From a bacterium (lineage in GTDB: Bacteria; Myxococcota_A; UBA9160; UBA4427), in NCBI GenBank assembly GCA_030432735.1, contig JAUIMK010000001.1, forward strand, positions 1 to 52,361: a stretch of 52,361 nucleotides of DNA, read 5' to 3'. Under the pieces are notes generated by a model. The model worked only from the letters and a program-made list of their open reading frames with translations, was not told the DNA's origin and searched no databases. This document shows positions 10,679-19,816 of the stretch, in pieces. Both the position numbers and the translations under genes were made by a program. Numbering within the stretch: position 1 is the stretch's first letter; each line of letters begins with the position of its first letter.

Positions 10679-11509
10679 ATGGAACCCGTCCGGATCGAGA
10701 CGCTCGACGATCCCCGGATCGCCGACTACCGGAACCTGAAGGACGCGCAGCTCGCGCGGGACCGCGACCGGTTCATCGTGGAAGGCCGCGGCAACCTGCG
10801 CGTCCTGCTCGACCGCTCGCCGTTCAGGCCGGAGTCGATCCTGCTCTCGGCGCGATCCTGGGGCGCGCTCGAGGTCGAGCTCGCCGAAGCGAAGCCCGAC
10901 TGTCCGGTCTACGTCGCCGACCAGCCGGTGCTTGACGCGATCGTCGGCTTCGCGATCCACCGGGGCGTGCTCGCCGCCTGCCGGCGTCCCGGTCCGACCG
11001 ATCCCCTCGCGCTCGCCCGGAAGGGGATCACTGCGGCGCGATCGCGCGGGCGAGCGGCCCGCCTCGTCCTGCTCGAAGGCCTCACGAATCACGACAACGT
11101 GGGGGGCATCCTGCGCAACGCGATGGCGCTCGGCGCCGACGCGGTCCTGCTCTGTCCGCGGTCCTGTGATCCGCTCTATCGGAAGGCGATCCGGACGTCG
11201 ATGGGCGGAAGCCTGGTCGTTCCCTTCGCGCGCGCGCCCGATTTCGAGGCGCTGCTCGACGGGCTCGTGGCGATGGGGGTCGCCGTCGTCGCCCTCGACC
11301 CGGATCCGCAGGGAACGGACCTCGCGGCCGTCGATCCGGCGGCGATCGGTGACGCGGCGCTGCTCGTGGGGACCGAGGGGGAAGGCGTCAGCGCCGCGGC
11401 GCTCGCGCGCGCGACCCGGCGGGTCCGCATCGACATGGAGCCCGGCGTCGACTCCCTGAACGTCTCGGTCGCCGCGGCGATCGCGCTCCATCGTCTGCGC
11501 GTCGACTGA
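10679..11509 (+). CDS. SpoU/TrmH-family RNA 2'-O-methyltransferase
   Basis: 276-aa ORF with SPOUT motifs (LLEGLTNHDNVGGILRNAMALGADAVLL..., LLVGTEGEGVS..., IDMEPGVDSLNVSVAAAIALH). Confidence 0.85.
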   Translation: MEPVRIETLDDPRIADYRNLKDAQLARDRDRFIVEGRGNLRVLLDRSPFRPESILLSARSWGALEVELAEAKPDCPVYVADQPVLDAIVGFAIHRGVLAACRRPGPTDPLALARKGITAARSRGRAARLVLLEGLTNHDNVGGILRNAMALGADAVLLCPRSCDPLYRKAIRTSMGGSLVVPFARAPDFEALLDGLVAMGVAVVALDPDPQGTDLAAVDPAAIGDAALLVGTEGEGVSAAALARATRRVRIDMEPGVDSLNVSVAAAIALHRLRVD

Positions 11510-11593
11510 CTCGCGGGGATCATCGGCGAAGGCATTGCCAGACCCGGATTCCGGGCCCAGATTCCCGGCTCGCGCACGAAGGGAGCAGGCAAC

Positions 11594-12328
11594 GTGACTC
11601 GGGACGGCTCGATCCTGGTGTTGAAGACGGGGGATGCGCTCACGCCGGTGAAGGCGGTGCGAGGCGACTTCGACGAATGGATCGCGAAGGGAATGGGCGT
11701 CGCGGAAGACGAAGTCACGGTCGCGAACGTCCATCTCGGGGATCCGCTTCCGGACCCGGCTTCGATCGCCGGTGTGGTCGTGACCGGCTCGCCGGCCATG
11801 GTCACCGACCGCGCGGATTGGAGCGAAGCGTCGGCCGCGTGGCTCGCCCGGCTCGTCGAGGCGGACGCGATGCCCGTTCTCGGGATCTGCTACGGCCATC
11901 AGGTGATGGCGCACGCGCTCGGTGGGGAGGTCGGCGCGAATCCGAACGGGCGCGAGATGGGGACCGTCCTGGTTCGTCACGACACGGCGGCGATCGCCGA
12001 CGACCCCGTCCTGACCGGCACGGTCGACCCGGGTCACATGTCCCACCTGGAGAGCGTGCTCCGGCCCCCGCCCGACGCGCAGATCCTCGCGACGACGGAT
12101 CTCGAGGCCCACGCGGCCCTGCGGTTCGGACCGCGCCAGTGGGGCCTCCAGTACCACCCGGAGTTCGACCGCGACATCATGCAGCGCTACGTGGAGGCGC
12201 GCCGTGAGGTCGTCGCGAGCGAGGGGCTCGACCCCGATGCGATGGTCGAGAGCGCGGTGGAGACGCCGGTGTTGACGAGCACGCTGGTGCGATTCGCGGC
12301 GTTCGTGCGGAAGGCGTCGGCCGCCTAA
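11594..12328 (+). CDS. Class I glutamine amidotransferase-like protein (GMP synthase GATase-domain family)
   Basis: GTG start with SD GGGAG upstream. 244 aa with the nucleophile elbow VLGICYGHQVMAHALGG and a later HPE motif (LQYHPEF). Confidence 0.8.
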   Translation: MTRDGSILVLKTGDALTPVKAVRGDFDEWIAKGMGVAEDEVTVANVHLGDPLPDPASIAGVVVTGSPAMVTDRADWSEASAAWLARLVEADAMPVLGICYGHQVMAHALGGEVGANPNGREMGTVLVRHDTAAIADDPVLTGTVDPGHMSHLESVLRPPPDAQILATTDLEAHAALRFGPRQWGLQYHPEFDRDIMQRYVEARREVVASEGLDPDAMVESAVETPVLTSTLVRFAAFVRKASAA

Positions 12329-13041
12329 CGTCTCGACGCGCGCTTTCCCCGGGCACGGGCCTTCTCTTCCAGCCGGGCCTCCTCGCGGTGGCGGCGGACC
12401 TGCTCCCGGTAGATCCACCGGAGCAGCTGCGATCGGTTCGTCTCGTCGAGGCCGAAGAACTCGACCGCGATGCTCGGCTTGCCGCGGGTCGTGGGCGGTG
12501 CGTCGGGGGCGCGGACGATCCGACCGGGCAGCACGAAGCAGAGCGAGCCCGGGAGCTCGAAGTGGCACACGACGTCTTCACCGGTTCCGAAGTCGGTGTC
12601 GGAAGCGAAGCGGATCCCGCCGGCCGAGACGTAGATGAGGTCGAACACGTCGTCGACGAGGTCGTTCCGGGCTTCGTCGGGGCCGGGCAGCGCGAGCCGC
12701 ACGACCCGGACCTGGAAGCCGTGGGCGGAGACGCGGACGAAGGCGCGCTGCTGGAGGCGCTCCCATTCGGACTCGATCTCGAGGCCGAACGTGGACGGCG
12801 AGCACGCTGCCACCTTCGCGCGGGTCGCGTAGCGCGCGTCGCCGGGGACGGGGCACTCCACGATCAGCGACTGCCCCCGGCGGAGCGGCTCGATCGAGCC
12901 CAGGAACCAGTGGGTGCCCTTTTCGACGTGGTCGACCGGGACGACCATGGGGAACCCGCCGGCAGGTCCGTCCGGATGGAGGATCACGAGGCGGCCGGCC
13001 TCGAGCTCGATCCGTCGCGTCTTCGCGCTGCCTTCGTCCAC
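12325..13041 (-). CDS. PilZ domain-containing protein (YcgR-like two-domain architecture); start uncertain
   Basis: This is the C-terminal part of ORF 12325..13887. The upstream part is antisense to the MerR gene, so I truncate to GTG 13041 (alternative ATG 12948). The PilZ-like motifs QQRAFVRV (RxxxR) and YVSAGGIRF (D/NxSxxG with Y in place of D/N) are partly degenerate. Confidence 0.6.
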   Translation of the reverse strand: MDEGSAKTRRIELEAGRLVILHPDGPAGGFPMVVPVDHVEKGTHWFLGSIEPLRRGQSLIVECPVPGDARYATRAKVAACSPSTFGLEIESEWERLQQRAFVRVSAHGFQVRVVRLALPGPDEARNDLVDDVFDLIYVSAGGIRFASDTDFGTGEDVVCHFELPGSLCFVLPGRIVRAPDAPPTTRGKPSIAVEFFGLDETNRSQLLRWIYREQVRRHREEARLEEKARARGKRASRR

Positions 13042-13182
13042 CCGAGCCCGTCCCTTCGGCCCTCCCCGCGCCGGGCCTCGTTCCCGTTTCGGCCCGCCGG
13101 GCGGCTCCTTGAGACGAGGCACCGCTCCGCCAGTTTTGCCCCGTGGGAAACGGCGTCTGGACGTCGATCCTGCAGCCCCAGG

Positions 13183-13215
13183 TTGCTCGACATTGAGAGC
13201 GATCACTCTTAGAGT
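13183..13215 (+). promoter_or_regulatory. Candidate MerR-type promoter with over-long spacer; possible leaderless merR-family transcript
   Basis: TTGCTC (13183-13188), then a 20-21 nt spacer containing AGAG-N6-CTCT and ACTCT-t-AGAGT dyads, then TTAGAG/TAGAGT (13209-13215). The ATG at 13222 follows 6 nt later with no SD. The stretch is locally AT-richer. Confidence 0.3.
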
Positions 13216-13221
13216 CGTCGC

Positions 13222-14007
13222 ATGGATCTTCGGGTCGCAGAGCTCGCGGTGGCCGCCGGCGTCGGCGTGGACACCGTCCGCTTCTACCAGTCGCGAGGCC
13301 TGATCCCCGCGCCCCGGCGCGAGGGCCGCTTCGCGATCTACGGCGCGACCCACCTCGAGCGCATCCGGCGGATCCGGACCCTCCTCGACCAGGGATTCTC
13401 CCTCGCCCAGATCCGTCGCCTCGTCGAAGACGAGGAGGCCGATCGCCGCTCGAGCGGGGACGCGGTCGAGACCGACGACCGCGCGCTCCTCGAGGCCCTC
13501 GCTGCCCGGAGCATCGGCGAAGGCACCGTCTCCCGCGCCGAGCTCTCGGCCGAGACCGGCGTTCCCGAGGCCCTCGTCGCGTCGGTGATCCAGGCCGGCC
13601 TGATCCAGCCCATCGAAGTGCAGGGCGAGGAGCGCTTCCCGCGCCAGGACCTCGAGATGGTGAAGGGGGCGCTCGAGATCCTCGGGATGGGGCTGCCCCT
13701 CGACCGCCTGCTCGAGCTCGCGGCCCAGCACGCGGCGAACGTCGATGCCCTCGCCGAGCAGGCCATCGATCTCTTCGACGACCACGTGCGCACGCCGCTC
13801 CGCGAGGCGTCCGGGGACGAAGAGGAGGAGGTGCGCCGGACCTTCGAGCGGCTGCTCCCGCGCGCGACCCAGATCGTCGCCCTGCATTTCCAGCGCACCG
13901 TCGTCGCCCGCGCCCTCGCGCGGCTGCGCGGGCGCGGCGAGGAGAGCGCCCTCGAACGCGCGCTCGACGCGACCCAGAAGGCCCGTCTCGAAGTGTCGTG
14001 GCGTTAG
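13222..14007 (+). CDS. MerR-family transcriptional regulator (N-terminal HTH plus a second degenerate MerR-like repeat; no cysteines)
   Basis: 261 aa. MDLRVAELAVAAGVGVDTVRFYQSRGLIPAPRREGRFAIYGATHLERIRRIRTLLDQGFSLAQIRRLV is a canonical MerR HTH. Residues ~105-160 repeat the pattern (VSRAELSAETGVPEALV...ERFPRQDLEMVKGALEILGMGLPLDRLLEL). Confidence 0.85.
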   Translation: MDLRVAELAVAAGVGVDTVRFYQSRGLIPAPRREGRFAIYGATHLERIRRIRTLLDQGFSLAQIRRLVEDEEADRRSSGDAVETDDRALLEALAARSIGEGTVSRAELSAETGVPEALVASVIQAGLIQPIEVQGEERFPRQDLEMVKGALEILGMGLPLDRLLELAAQHAANVDALAEQAIDLFDDHVRTPLREASGDEEEEVRRTFERLLPRATQIVALHFQRTVVARALARLRGRGEESALERALDATQKARLEVSWR

Positions 14008-14046
14008 GCGCGACCCTCGTTCGCAGACGGAGAGAATGGAGAATCC

Positions 14047-14775
14047 GTGTCGCTAGGCGATCTGCCCACCGGTGAAGACAAGCGCGTCCGCGTCCAGGAC
14101 ATGTTCGACCGCATCGCGCCGAAATACGACGCGCTCAATCGCGTGATGAGCGTCGGCATGGATCAGCGATGGCGCCGCCGCGCCCTCGACAAGATCGGCG
14201 TCGGGGAGGGCGACCTGGTCGTCGACCTCGCCTGCGGAACCGGCGACTTCTGCGAGCTCGTCGAAGAGCGCGGCGCCGAGGTCGTGGGCGTCGACTTCGC
14301 GCTGCAGATGCTGAAGCAGGGGCGGACGCGCGGCCTCGATTTCCGCTCCGTCCAGGGGGACGGCGAGTGGCTGCCCTTCCGGACGGCGTCCGTCGACGTC
14401 GTGACCTGCGGCTTCGCGCTAAGGAACTTCGTCTCGTTGAAAGGCGTGCTCGCGGAGATCGCCCGGATCGTGCGGCCGGGCGGCCGGGTGGCGCTGATCG
14501 ACGTCGACCGGCCCGCCTGGGGGCCGATCCGTGCCGCGCACTCGCTCTACTTCGATCGGATCGTCCCGCTGGTCGGCGGTCTCGTCTCGGACAAGAAGGC
14601 CTACGCCTACCTGCCGCAGTCGACGGCCTATCTCCCGCCGCCGGAGGAGCTGAAGGAGATGCTCGCCGCCGCGGGCTTTCTCGAGGTCGAGCGCGAGAGT
14701 CTCTTCCTCGGCTCCGCGCAGATCCTGACCGGCGTCCGCGGTCCGCTCACGCCCGTGGGAGGAGGTGTGGAGTGA
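14047..14775 (+). CDS. menG: Demethylmenaquinone methyltransferase (UbiE/MenG family)
   Basis: GTG start with SD GGAGA upstream. 242 aa with ...VQDMFDRIAPKYDALNRVMSVGMDQRWRR... and the SAM motif VVDLACGTGDF. First enzyme gene of the men cluster. Confidence 0.88.
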   Translation: MSLGDLPTGEDKRVRVQDMFDRIAPKYDALNRVMSVGMDQRWRRRALDKIGVGEGDLVVDLACGTGDFCELVEERGAEVVGVDFALQMLKQGRTRGLDFRSVQGDGEWLPFRTASVDVVTCGFALRNFVSLKGVLAEIARIVRPGGRVALIDVDRPAWGPIRAAHSLYFDRIVPLVGGLVSDKKAYAYLPQSTAYLPPPEELKEMLAAAGFLEVERESLFLGSAQILTGVRGPLTPVGGGVE

Positions 14776-16229
14776 GCGGCGGAGTCGACGTCGAGACGAT
14801 CGCGCAGGTCGTGGACCGGGCGCGGAGCGAAGGACGCACGCGGTGGATCGCGCGCGTCGTCGACGATCCCTCCGTCGCGGACGTGCTCGCCTGTCCGCTC
14901 AGCGGCTTCGCGGCGGCGGGGCGGGAGGACCGCTTCTTCTGGGAGCAGGGCGAGTCCGGTGATCTCGCCCTCGCGGTCGGCCTGGCGGACGAGATCGAGA
15001 GCGCCGGAGCGGATCGCTTCGCGGACGTCCGGAGCTGGGCCCGCGACGTCGCGACGAGGATCGCCTGGGAAGGCTGCGAGCGGGCCCCCTGCTGTCCGTC
15101 GTTCTTCGGCGGCTTCGGGTTCGAGCCGACCTCGCGAGGGAGCGAAGACTGGAAGGCCTTTCCGGCGGCCCGCTTCGTGTTGCCCGGGTTGATCGTCTCG
15201 CGCATCGGCGGCGAGTCGAGCGCGACGTTGATCGCGCGGGTCGAGCCCGGGGCGAGCGTCGCCTCCGTCGAGGAAGCGCTCGGCCAGCGCGCGCGCTGCC
15301 TCGCGTCCCTCGCCGCGGCGCAGCCCACCGCCGACGGCGACGCGGTCGACCTCTCTCGCGCCTGGGGCGACGGGCCCGAGTTCCGCGTCCAGGCGGATCG
15401 TCCTCATGCCGTCTTCCGTGCGCAGGTCGAGGAGGCGCTCGCCGCCTTCGAGGACGGTGAGCTCGAGAAGGTCGTGCTCGCGCGGTCGCTGTCGGTCGAC
15501 CACGACGGTCCGATCGACGTCCCCGATTTCCTGGGCCGTCTGCGCGGCCTCTATCCGACCTGCACCCTCGTCGCGATGGGGCGGGGAGACGACACGTTCC
15601 TCGCGGCGACGCCGGAGCTGCTCGTGCGCACCCGGGGCGATGCGGTCGCGACCGCTGCGCTCGCCGGGTCGGCGCCGCGCGGGCGTCATCCGGAAGAGGA
15701 CCGGTCGCTCGGTGAGGCGCTGCTCGCGAGCGCGAAGGAGCGCGCCGAGCACGGGCACGTCGTCGACGCGATCCGCGGCGTCCTCGAGGCGCGCACGGAA
15801 CACCTCGACGTGCCCGAGGCCCCGGTGCTCCGGCGGCTCTTCGGCATCCAGCATCTCGAGACGTCGATCGAGGGGCGGCTCCGCCGCGAGGACACCGACA
15901 TCGTCGGCCTCGTGGAGGCGCTGCACCCGACGCCCGCCGTCGGCGGCGTGCCGGGGCCCGCCGCGCGCGACTGGCTGAACCGCGTCGAAGGGCTCGATCG
16001 AGGCTGGTACGCGTCGCCGATCGGCTGGCTCGACCTCGAAGGGGGCGGCGACTTCCGGGTCGCGCTCCGCTCGGCGCTGATCCGCAACGGCGCCGGAGAC
16101 GGAGGGCAGGGGAGCCGCTCGCTGCTCTTCGCGGGAGCGGGACTCGTGGCGGGCTCCGTCCCCGCACAGGAGCTCGCCGAGACGCGCATCAAGCTGCGCG
16201 CGCTGCTCGCTCCGCTGACGGAGATCTAG
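14772..16229 (+). CDS. menF: Isochorismate synthase
   Basis: GTG 14772 overlaps the menG stop (GTGA). 485 aa with chorismate-binding-enzyme motifs (ALHPTPAVGGVP, GWYASPIGWLD, LFAGAGLVAGSVP). I discard the Arg/Pro-rich N-terminal extension of ORF 14169..16229 because it overlaps menG. Confidence 0.88.
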   Translation: MSGGVDVETIAQVVDRARSEGRTRWIARVVDDPSVADVLACPLSGFAAAGREDRFFWEQGESGDLALAVGLADEIESAGADRFADVRSWARDVATRIAWEGCERAPCCPSFFGGFGFEPTSRGSEDWKAFPAARFVLPGLIVSRIGGESSATLIARVEPGASVASVEEALGQRARCLASLAAAQPTADGDAVDLSRAWGDGPEFRVQADRPHAVFRAQVEEALAAFEDGELEKVVLARSLSVDHDGPIDVPDFLGRLRGLYPTCTLVAMGRGDDTFLAATPELLVRTRGDAVATAALAGSAPRGRHPEEDRSLGEALLASAKERAEHGHVVDAIRGVLEARTEHLDVPEAPVLRRLFGIQHLETSIEGRLRREDTDIVGLVEALHPTPAVGGVPGPAARDWLNRVEGLDRGWYASPIGWLDLEGGGDFRVALRSALIRNGAGDGGQGSRSLLFAGAGLVAGSVPAQELAETRIKLRALLAPLTEI

Positions 16230-18026
16230 GTGGCCGCCTTCGTCGCCGATTCCGCGGCGGTCTATGCCTACGCCGGCGCCTTCTTCCACGGCCTCCGCGA
16301 GGCCGGCGTCCGGCACGTGGTCGTCTCACCGGGCTCGCGCTCGACGCCGCTCACGATCACCGCGCGTCATACGCCCGGTCTGCGGACCTGGGTCGAGCTC
16401 GACGAGCGCGCGGCGGCGTTCTTCGCCCTCGGACTCGCGAAGGCGTCGGGCCGGCCGGCGGTGCTCGTCTGTACCTCCGGGACCGCGGCGGCGAACTATC
16501 TGCCGGCGATCGTCGAGGCGCACTACGCGCGGGTGCCGATGATCGTGGCGACGACGGACCGACCGCCGGAGCTCCGGGACTGGGGGGCGGGACAGACGAT
16601 CGAGCAGAACGGGCTCTACGGACGTTATGCGCGGTGGGCCAGCGAGGTCCCGATTCCCGAGGCGGGGGAGGAAGCGCGTCGCCACGCGGGACAGCTCGCG
16701 GGGCGCGCGTTCGACGAGGCGACGTCGACACCGGCGGGCGCGGTCCACCTGAACTGGCCGCTGCGCGAGCCGCTCCCGCCACCGGCGGGCGAGCTCGAAG
16801 CGATCCTTTCGGCCTCGGCGGAGGGGCTCCGGGTGCCGCGCTTCCGGACCGCCCCCGCGATCCCTGCGCGGGACGACGTCGACGCGCTGGTCTCGCTCGC
16901 TCGCGCGCACGAGCGCGGCGTCGTGCTCGTCGGACCCCGCGCCGACGACGTGGCGCTCGCCGACGCGATCGCGGCCTTCTCGGCGGCCGCGGGCTGGCCG
17001 GTCCTCGCGGACCCGGCGTCGAACCTGCGATCCGGCCGCGATCCCGCGCGGGCGCCGATCCTCGACGCGGGGGACCTGCTGCTTCGGGAAGGCCCGTTCC
17101 GGGAGGCGCACGCGCCGGAGGTGGTCGTCCGCGTCGGGGATCCGCCGGTCTCGAAGCCAGGGCGTCTGTGGATCGAAGCCGTCGAGCCGCGGGAGGTCGT
17201 CTGGCTCGACCTCGGTGGTCAGTGGGGCGAGCCCTCCCGTCGCGCGACCCGCGTGCTGCGCGGGGGCGCTGCGGCGCTGCTCGACGGGGCCGCGGCACGG
17301 CTCGCCGCGCCGCCCGACCGAACGACGCTGCGCGACCGGAGCTGGTGTCGCGACTTCGAAGCGATGAACGCCGTCGCCCGGCAGGCCCTCGATCGCGCCG
17401 CCCGCGACGACGCCGGCTTCTGCGGCCTCTCGGTCGCGAGCGCGGTCGCGCGCTGCGCACCCGAGGACGCCGAGCTCTTCGTGTCGAACAGCATGGCCGT
17501 CCGCCTCCTCGATCTCGCCTTCGCCGCGCGAACGGCGCCGCTTCGCGTGCACGCGAGCCGCGGTGCCGCGGGAATCGACGGCATCAACTCGACCGCCCTC
17601 GGCATCGCGGCCGCGAGCGATCGGCCGACGATCCTCTTCACGGGGGACCTCGCCTTCCTGCACGATCTCTCGGGTCTCTTGATCACGCGCCGGGTCACGC
17701 TCCGGCTGACGATCGTGGTGCTCGACGACGATGGCGGCGGGATCTTCTCGATGCTCCCGATCGCGAGCCAGGGCGAGGCGGTCGCCTTCCGCGAGCTCTT
17801 CCATACGCCCCATGGACTCGACCTCGAGCGCGTCGCGGCGGCCTTCGCCCTGCCGTATTCGAAGGCCGGGGACGTGGCCGGACTCGAGGCGGCGATTCGC
17901 GCGGGGACGAGCGCGCGGGGCTTCTCGATCGTGCACGTGCCGGTGGAGGCGAAGACGAACGAGACGCGATTCCGCGGCGCGGTGGCGGCGGCGCGCGCCG
18001 CGGTCGACGCCGAGGCGACGCGATGA
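16230..18026 (+). CDS. menD: SEPHCHC synthase (2-succinyl-5-enolpyruvyl-6-hydroxy-3-cyclohexene-1-carboxylate synthase), ThDP-dependent
   Basis: GTG 16230 abuts the menF stop. 598 aa with a ThDP-enzyme N-terminus (GVRHVVVSPGSRSTPLT) and a ThDP-binding region (FTGDLAFLHDLSGL). Size and context fit MenD. Confidence 0.9.
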   Translation: MAAFVADSAAVYAYAGAFFHGLREAGVRHVVVSPGSRSTPLTITARHTPGLRTWVELDERAAAFFALGLAKASGRPAVLVCTSGTAAANYLPAIVEAHYARVPMIVATTDRPPELRDWGAGQTIEQNGLYGRYARWASEVPIPEAGEEARRHAGQLAGRAFDEATSTPAGAVHLNWPLREPLPPPAGELEAILSASAEGLRVPRFRTAPAIPARDDVDALVSLARAHERGVVLVGPRADDVALADAIAAFSAAAGWPVLADPASNLRSGRDPARAPILDAGDLLLREGPFREAHAPEVVVRVGDPPVSKPGRLWIEAVEPREVVWLDLGGQWGEPSRRATRVLRGGAAALLDGAAARLAAPPDRTTLRDRSWCRDFEAMNAVARQALDRAARDDAGFCGLSVASAVARCAPEDAELFVSNSMAVRLLDLAFAARTAPLRVHASRGAAGIDGINSTALGIAAASDRPTILFTGDLAFLHDLSGLLITRRVTLRLTIVVLDDDGGGIFSMLPIASQGEAVAFRELFHTPHGLDLERVAAAFALPYSKAGDVAGLEAAIRAGTSARGFSIVHVPVEAKTNETRFRGAVAAARAAVDAEATR

Positions 18027-18874
18027 GCGCGGTCTTCCTCGAGGTCGAAGGGATCCGCCTGCGCGCGGTCGTCGACGGACCCGGGACGGGACGTCCCGTC
18101 CTCGTCTTGCACGGATTCACGGGCAGCGCCGAGAGCATGGCCGGCGTCGCCGCGCCGCTGGCGGAGGCGTATCGCGTGGCGCGCCTCGAGCTCGTCGGTC
18201 ACGGCGAGAGCGACGCGCCCGACGACGTCGCGCCCTATGCGATGGACGCCTGCGCCCGACAGATCGCGCAGGCCGCGAAGGCGCTGGGCTTCGAGCGTCC
18301 CCATCTCGTCGGGTATTCGATGGGCGGCCGCGCCGCGCTCGCGGCCGCGGTCGCCCACCCGGATCGCTTCGCGAGCGTGACCCTCGTCGGCGCGACCGCG
18401 GGCATCGCCGACGAAGCGGATCGCGCGGCGCGGATCGCCGCGGACGAGGCGCTCGCCGACCGGATCGAACGCGAAGGGCTCGAGTCCTTCGTCGACCACT
18501 GGATGGCCCTGCCGATCTTCGCGAGCCAGTCGCGTCTCGGCGGGGACTTCCTCGCGCGGGCGAGGGCGGAACGCCTGCGCCAACGACCGCGCGGTCTCGC
18601 GAACAGTCTGCGGGGCATGGGCGCCGGGGCGCAGGCGCCGGTCTGGGACGCGCTCGATCGGGTGACCGCTCCGGTGCTCCTGGTGGTCGGGGGCGAGGAC
18701 GCGAAGTTCCGCGCGATCGCCGCGGCGTTGTCTGCGGCGATTCGCGACGCGCGCACCACGATCATCGAGGGCGCAGGCCACGCGGCGCATCTCGAGGACC
18801 CGGAGGCGTTCGCGGAGGCGCTTCGCGGATTCCTCGCCGGGATCGACGAACGAGGACGGGGAGACGGAAGATGA
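18023..18874 (+). CDS. menH: SHCHC synthase (alpha/beta hydrolase)
   Basis: ATG 18023 overlaps the menD stop (ATGA). 283 aa with LVLHGFTGS, the nucleophile elbow GYSMGG and a C-terminal GAGHAAHLE. It sits between menD and menA. Confidence 0.8.
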   Translation: MSAVFLEVEGIRLRAVVDGPGTGRPVLVLHGFTGSAESMAGVAAPLAEAYRVARLELVGHGESDAPDDVAPYAMDACARQIAQAAKALGFERPHLVGYSMGGRAALAAAVAHPDRFASVTLVGATAGIADEADRAARIAADEALADRIEREGLESFVDHWMALPIFASQSRLGGDFLARARAERLRQRPRGLANSLRGMGAGAQAPVWDALDRVTAPVLLVVGGEDAKFRAIAAALSAAIRDARTTIIEGAGHAAHLEDPEAFAEALRGFLAGIDERGRGDGR

Positions 18875-19776
18875 GCGAGATCCGACCGGGCAGCGCAGCG
18901 GCGTGGGCGATGGCGGTCCGACCGCAGACCCTGCCCGTCTCCGTCGGGCCCGTGCTCGTCGGGACGGCGGTCGCGTTCGTCGAAGGCGGGACGCACGTCG
19001 GTGCGGCCCTCGCCGCCGGGATCGGGGCGCTCTGTCTGCAGATCGGCTCGAACTTCGCGAACGACCTCTTCGACTTCGAGAAGGGCGCCGACACCGAAGA
19101 GCGGATCGGTCCCCCTCGCGCCGCCCAGCTCGGACTCCTCACGCCTTCGCAGCTGAAGCGCGGGATGGTCGTCGTGTTCGCCCTCGCGACTCTCGCCGGT
19201 CTCTATCTGACCTCGGTCGCCGGCCCCGTGATCCTCGCCGTGGGAGCCGTGTCGATCCTCGCGGCCATCGCCTACACCGGCGGCCCCTACCCGCTCGGCT
19301 ATCACGGCCTCGGAGACGTCGCGGTCTTCCTCTTCTTCGGTCTCGTCGCGGTCGTCGGCACGACCTTCGTCCAGACCGGAACCCTCCCGCCACTCGCCTG
19401 GCTCTGCGCGATTCCCGTCGGCGCGTTCGCGACCGCGATCCTCGTCGTGAACAACCTGCGCGACGTGGATACGGACAGGGTCGCGGGAAAGCGGACGCTG
19501 GCGGTGCGCCTCGGGCGGAACGGGGCCCGCGCCGAGTGGGCCTTCCTGGTCTGGGGGGCGCTGCTCTTTCCGGTCGGCCTCTGGCTCGCGGTGGGTCTCT
19601 CGCCCTGGGTGCTGCTGCCCTTCGCTTGCGGACCTCGCGTCGTCCGGATCTTCGGCGTGATCCAGACCAGCGAGGAGGGCCCCGCCCTCAACCAGGCGCT
19701 CGCCGCGACGGCGCAGACGAGCTTCCTCTACTCGCTGCTGCTCGCGCTCGGACTGATCGCCGGGGTGACGGCATGA
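18871..19776 (+). CDS. menA: 1,4-dihydroxy-2-naphthoate polyprenyltransferase (UbiA superfamily)
   Basis: ATG 18871 overlaps the menH stop (ATGA). 301 aa, polytopic, with Asp-rich motifs NDLFDFEKGAD and NNLRDVDTDRVAGKRTLAV. Confidence 0.88.
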   Translation: MSEIRPGSAAAWAMAVRPQTLPVSVGPVLVGTAVAFVEGGTHVGAALAAGIGALCLQIGSNFANDLFDFEKGADTEERIGPPRAAQLGLLTPSQLKRGMVVVFALATLAGLYLTSVAGPVILAVGAVSILAAIAYTGGPYPLGYHGLGDVAVFLFFGLVAVVGTTFVQTGTLPPLAWLCAIPVGAFATAILVVNNLRDVDTDRVAGKRTLAVRLGRNGARAEWAFLVWGALLFPVGLWLAVGLSPWVLLPFACGPRVVRIFGVIQTSEEGPALNQALAATAQTSFLYSLLLALGLIAGVTA

Positions 19777-19816
19777 CGCGCGCGTGGCCGCGTCCGCTCC
19801 CTCGACGAGGTTCGGC

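Noticed and set aside
10271-12568. 765-aa minus-strand ORF spanning the trmH-like and GATase genes
   Set aside because: It is antisense to two genes with clear family motifs. It is Arg/Pro/Asp-rich and has no recognisable domain.
14169-14771. N-terminal 201-codon extension of the menF ORF (track entry 14169..16229)
   Set aside because: It overlaps the menG coding frame and is Arg/Pro/Gly-rich. A GTG at 14772 overlapping the menG stop gives a normal-length MenF.
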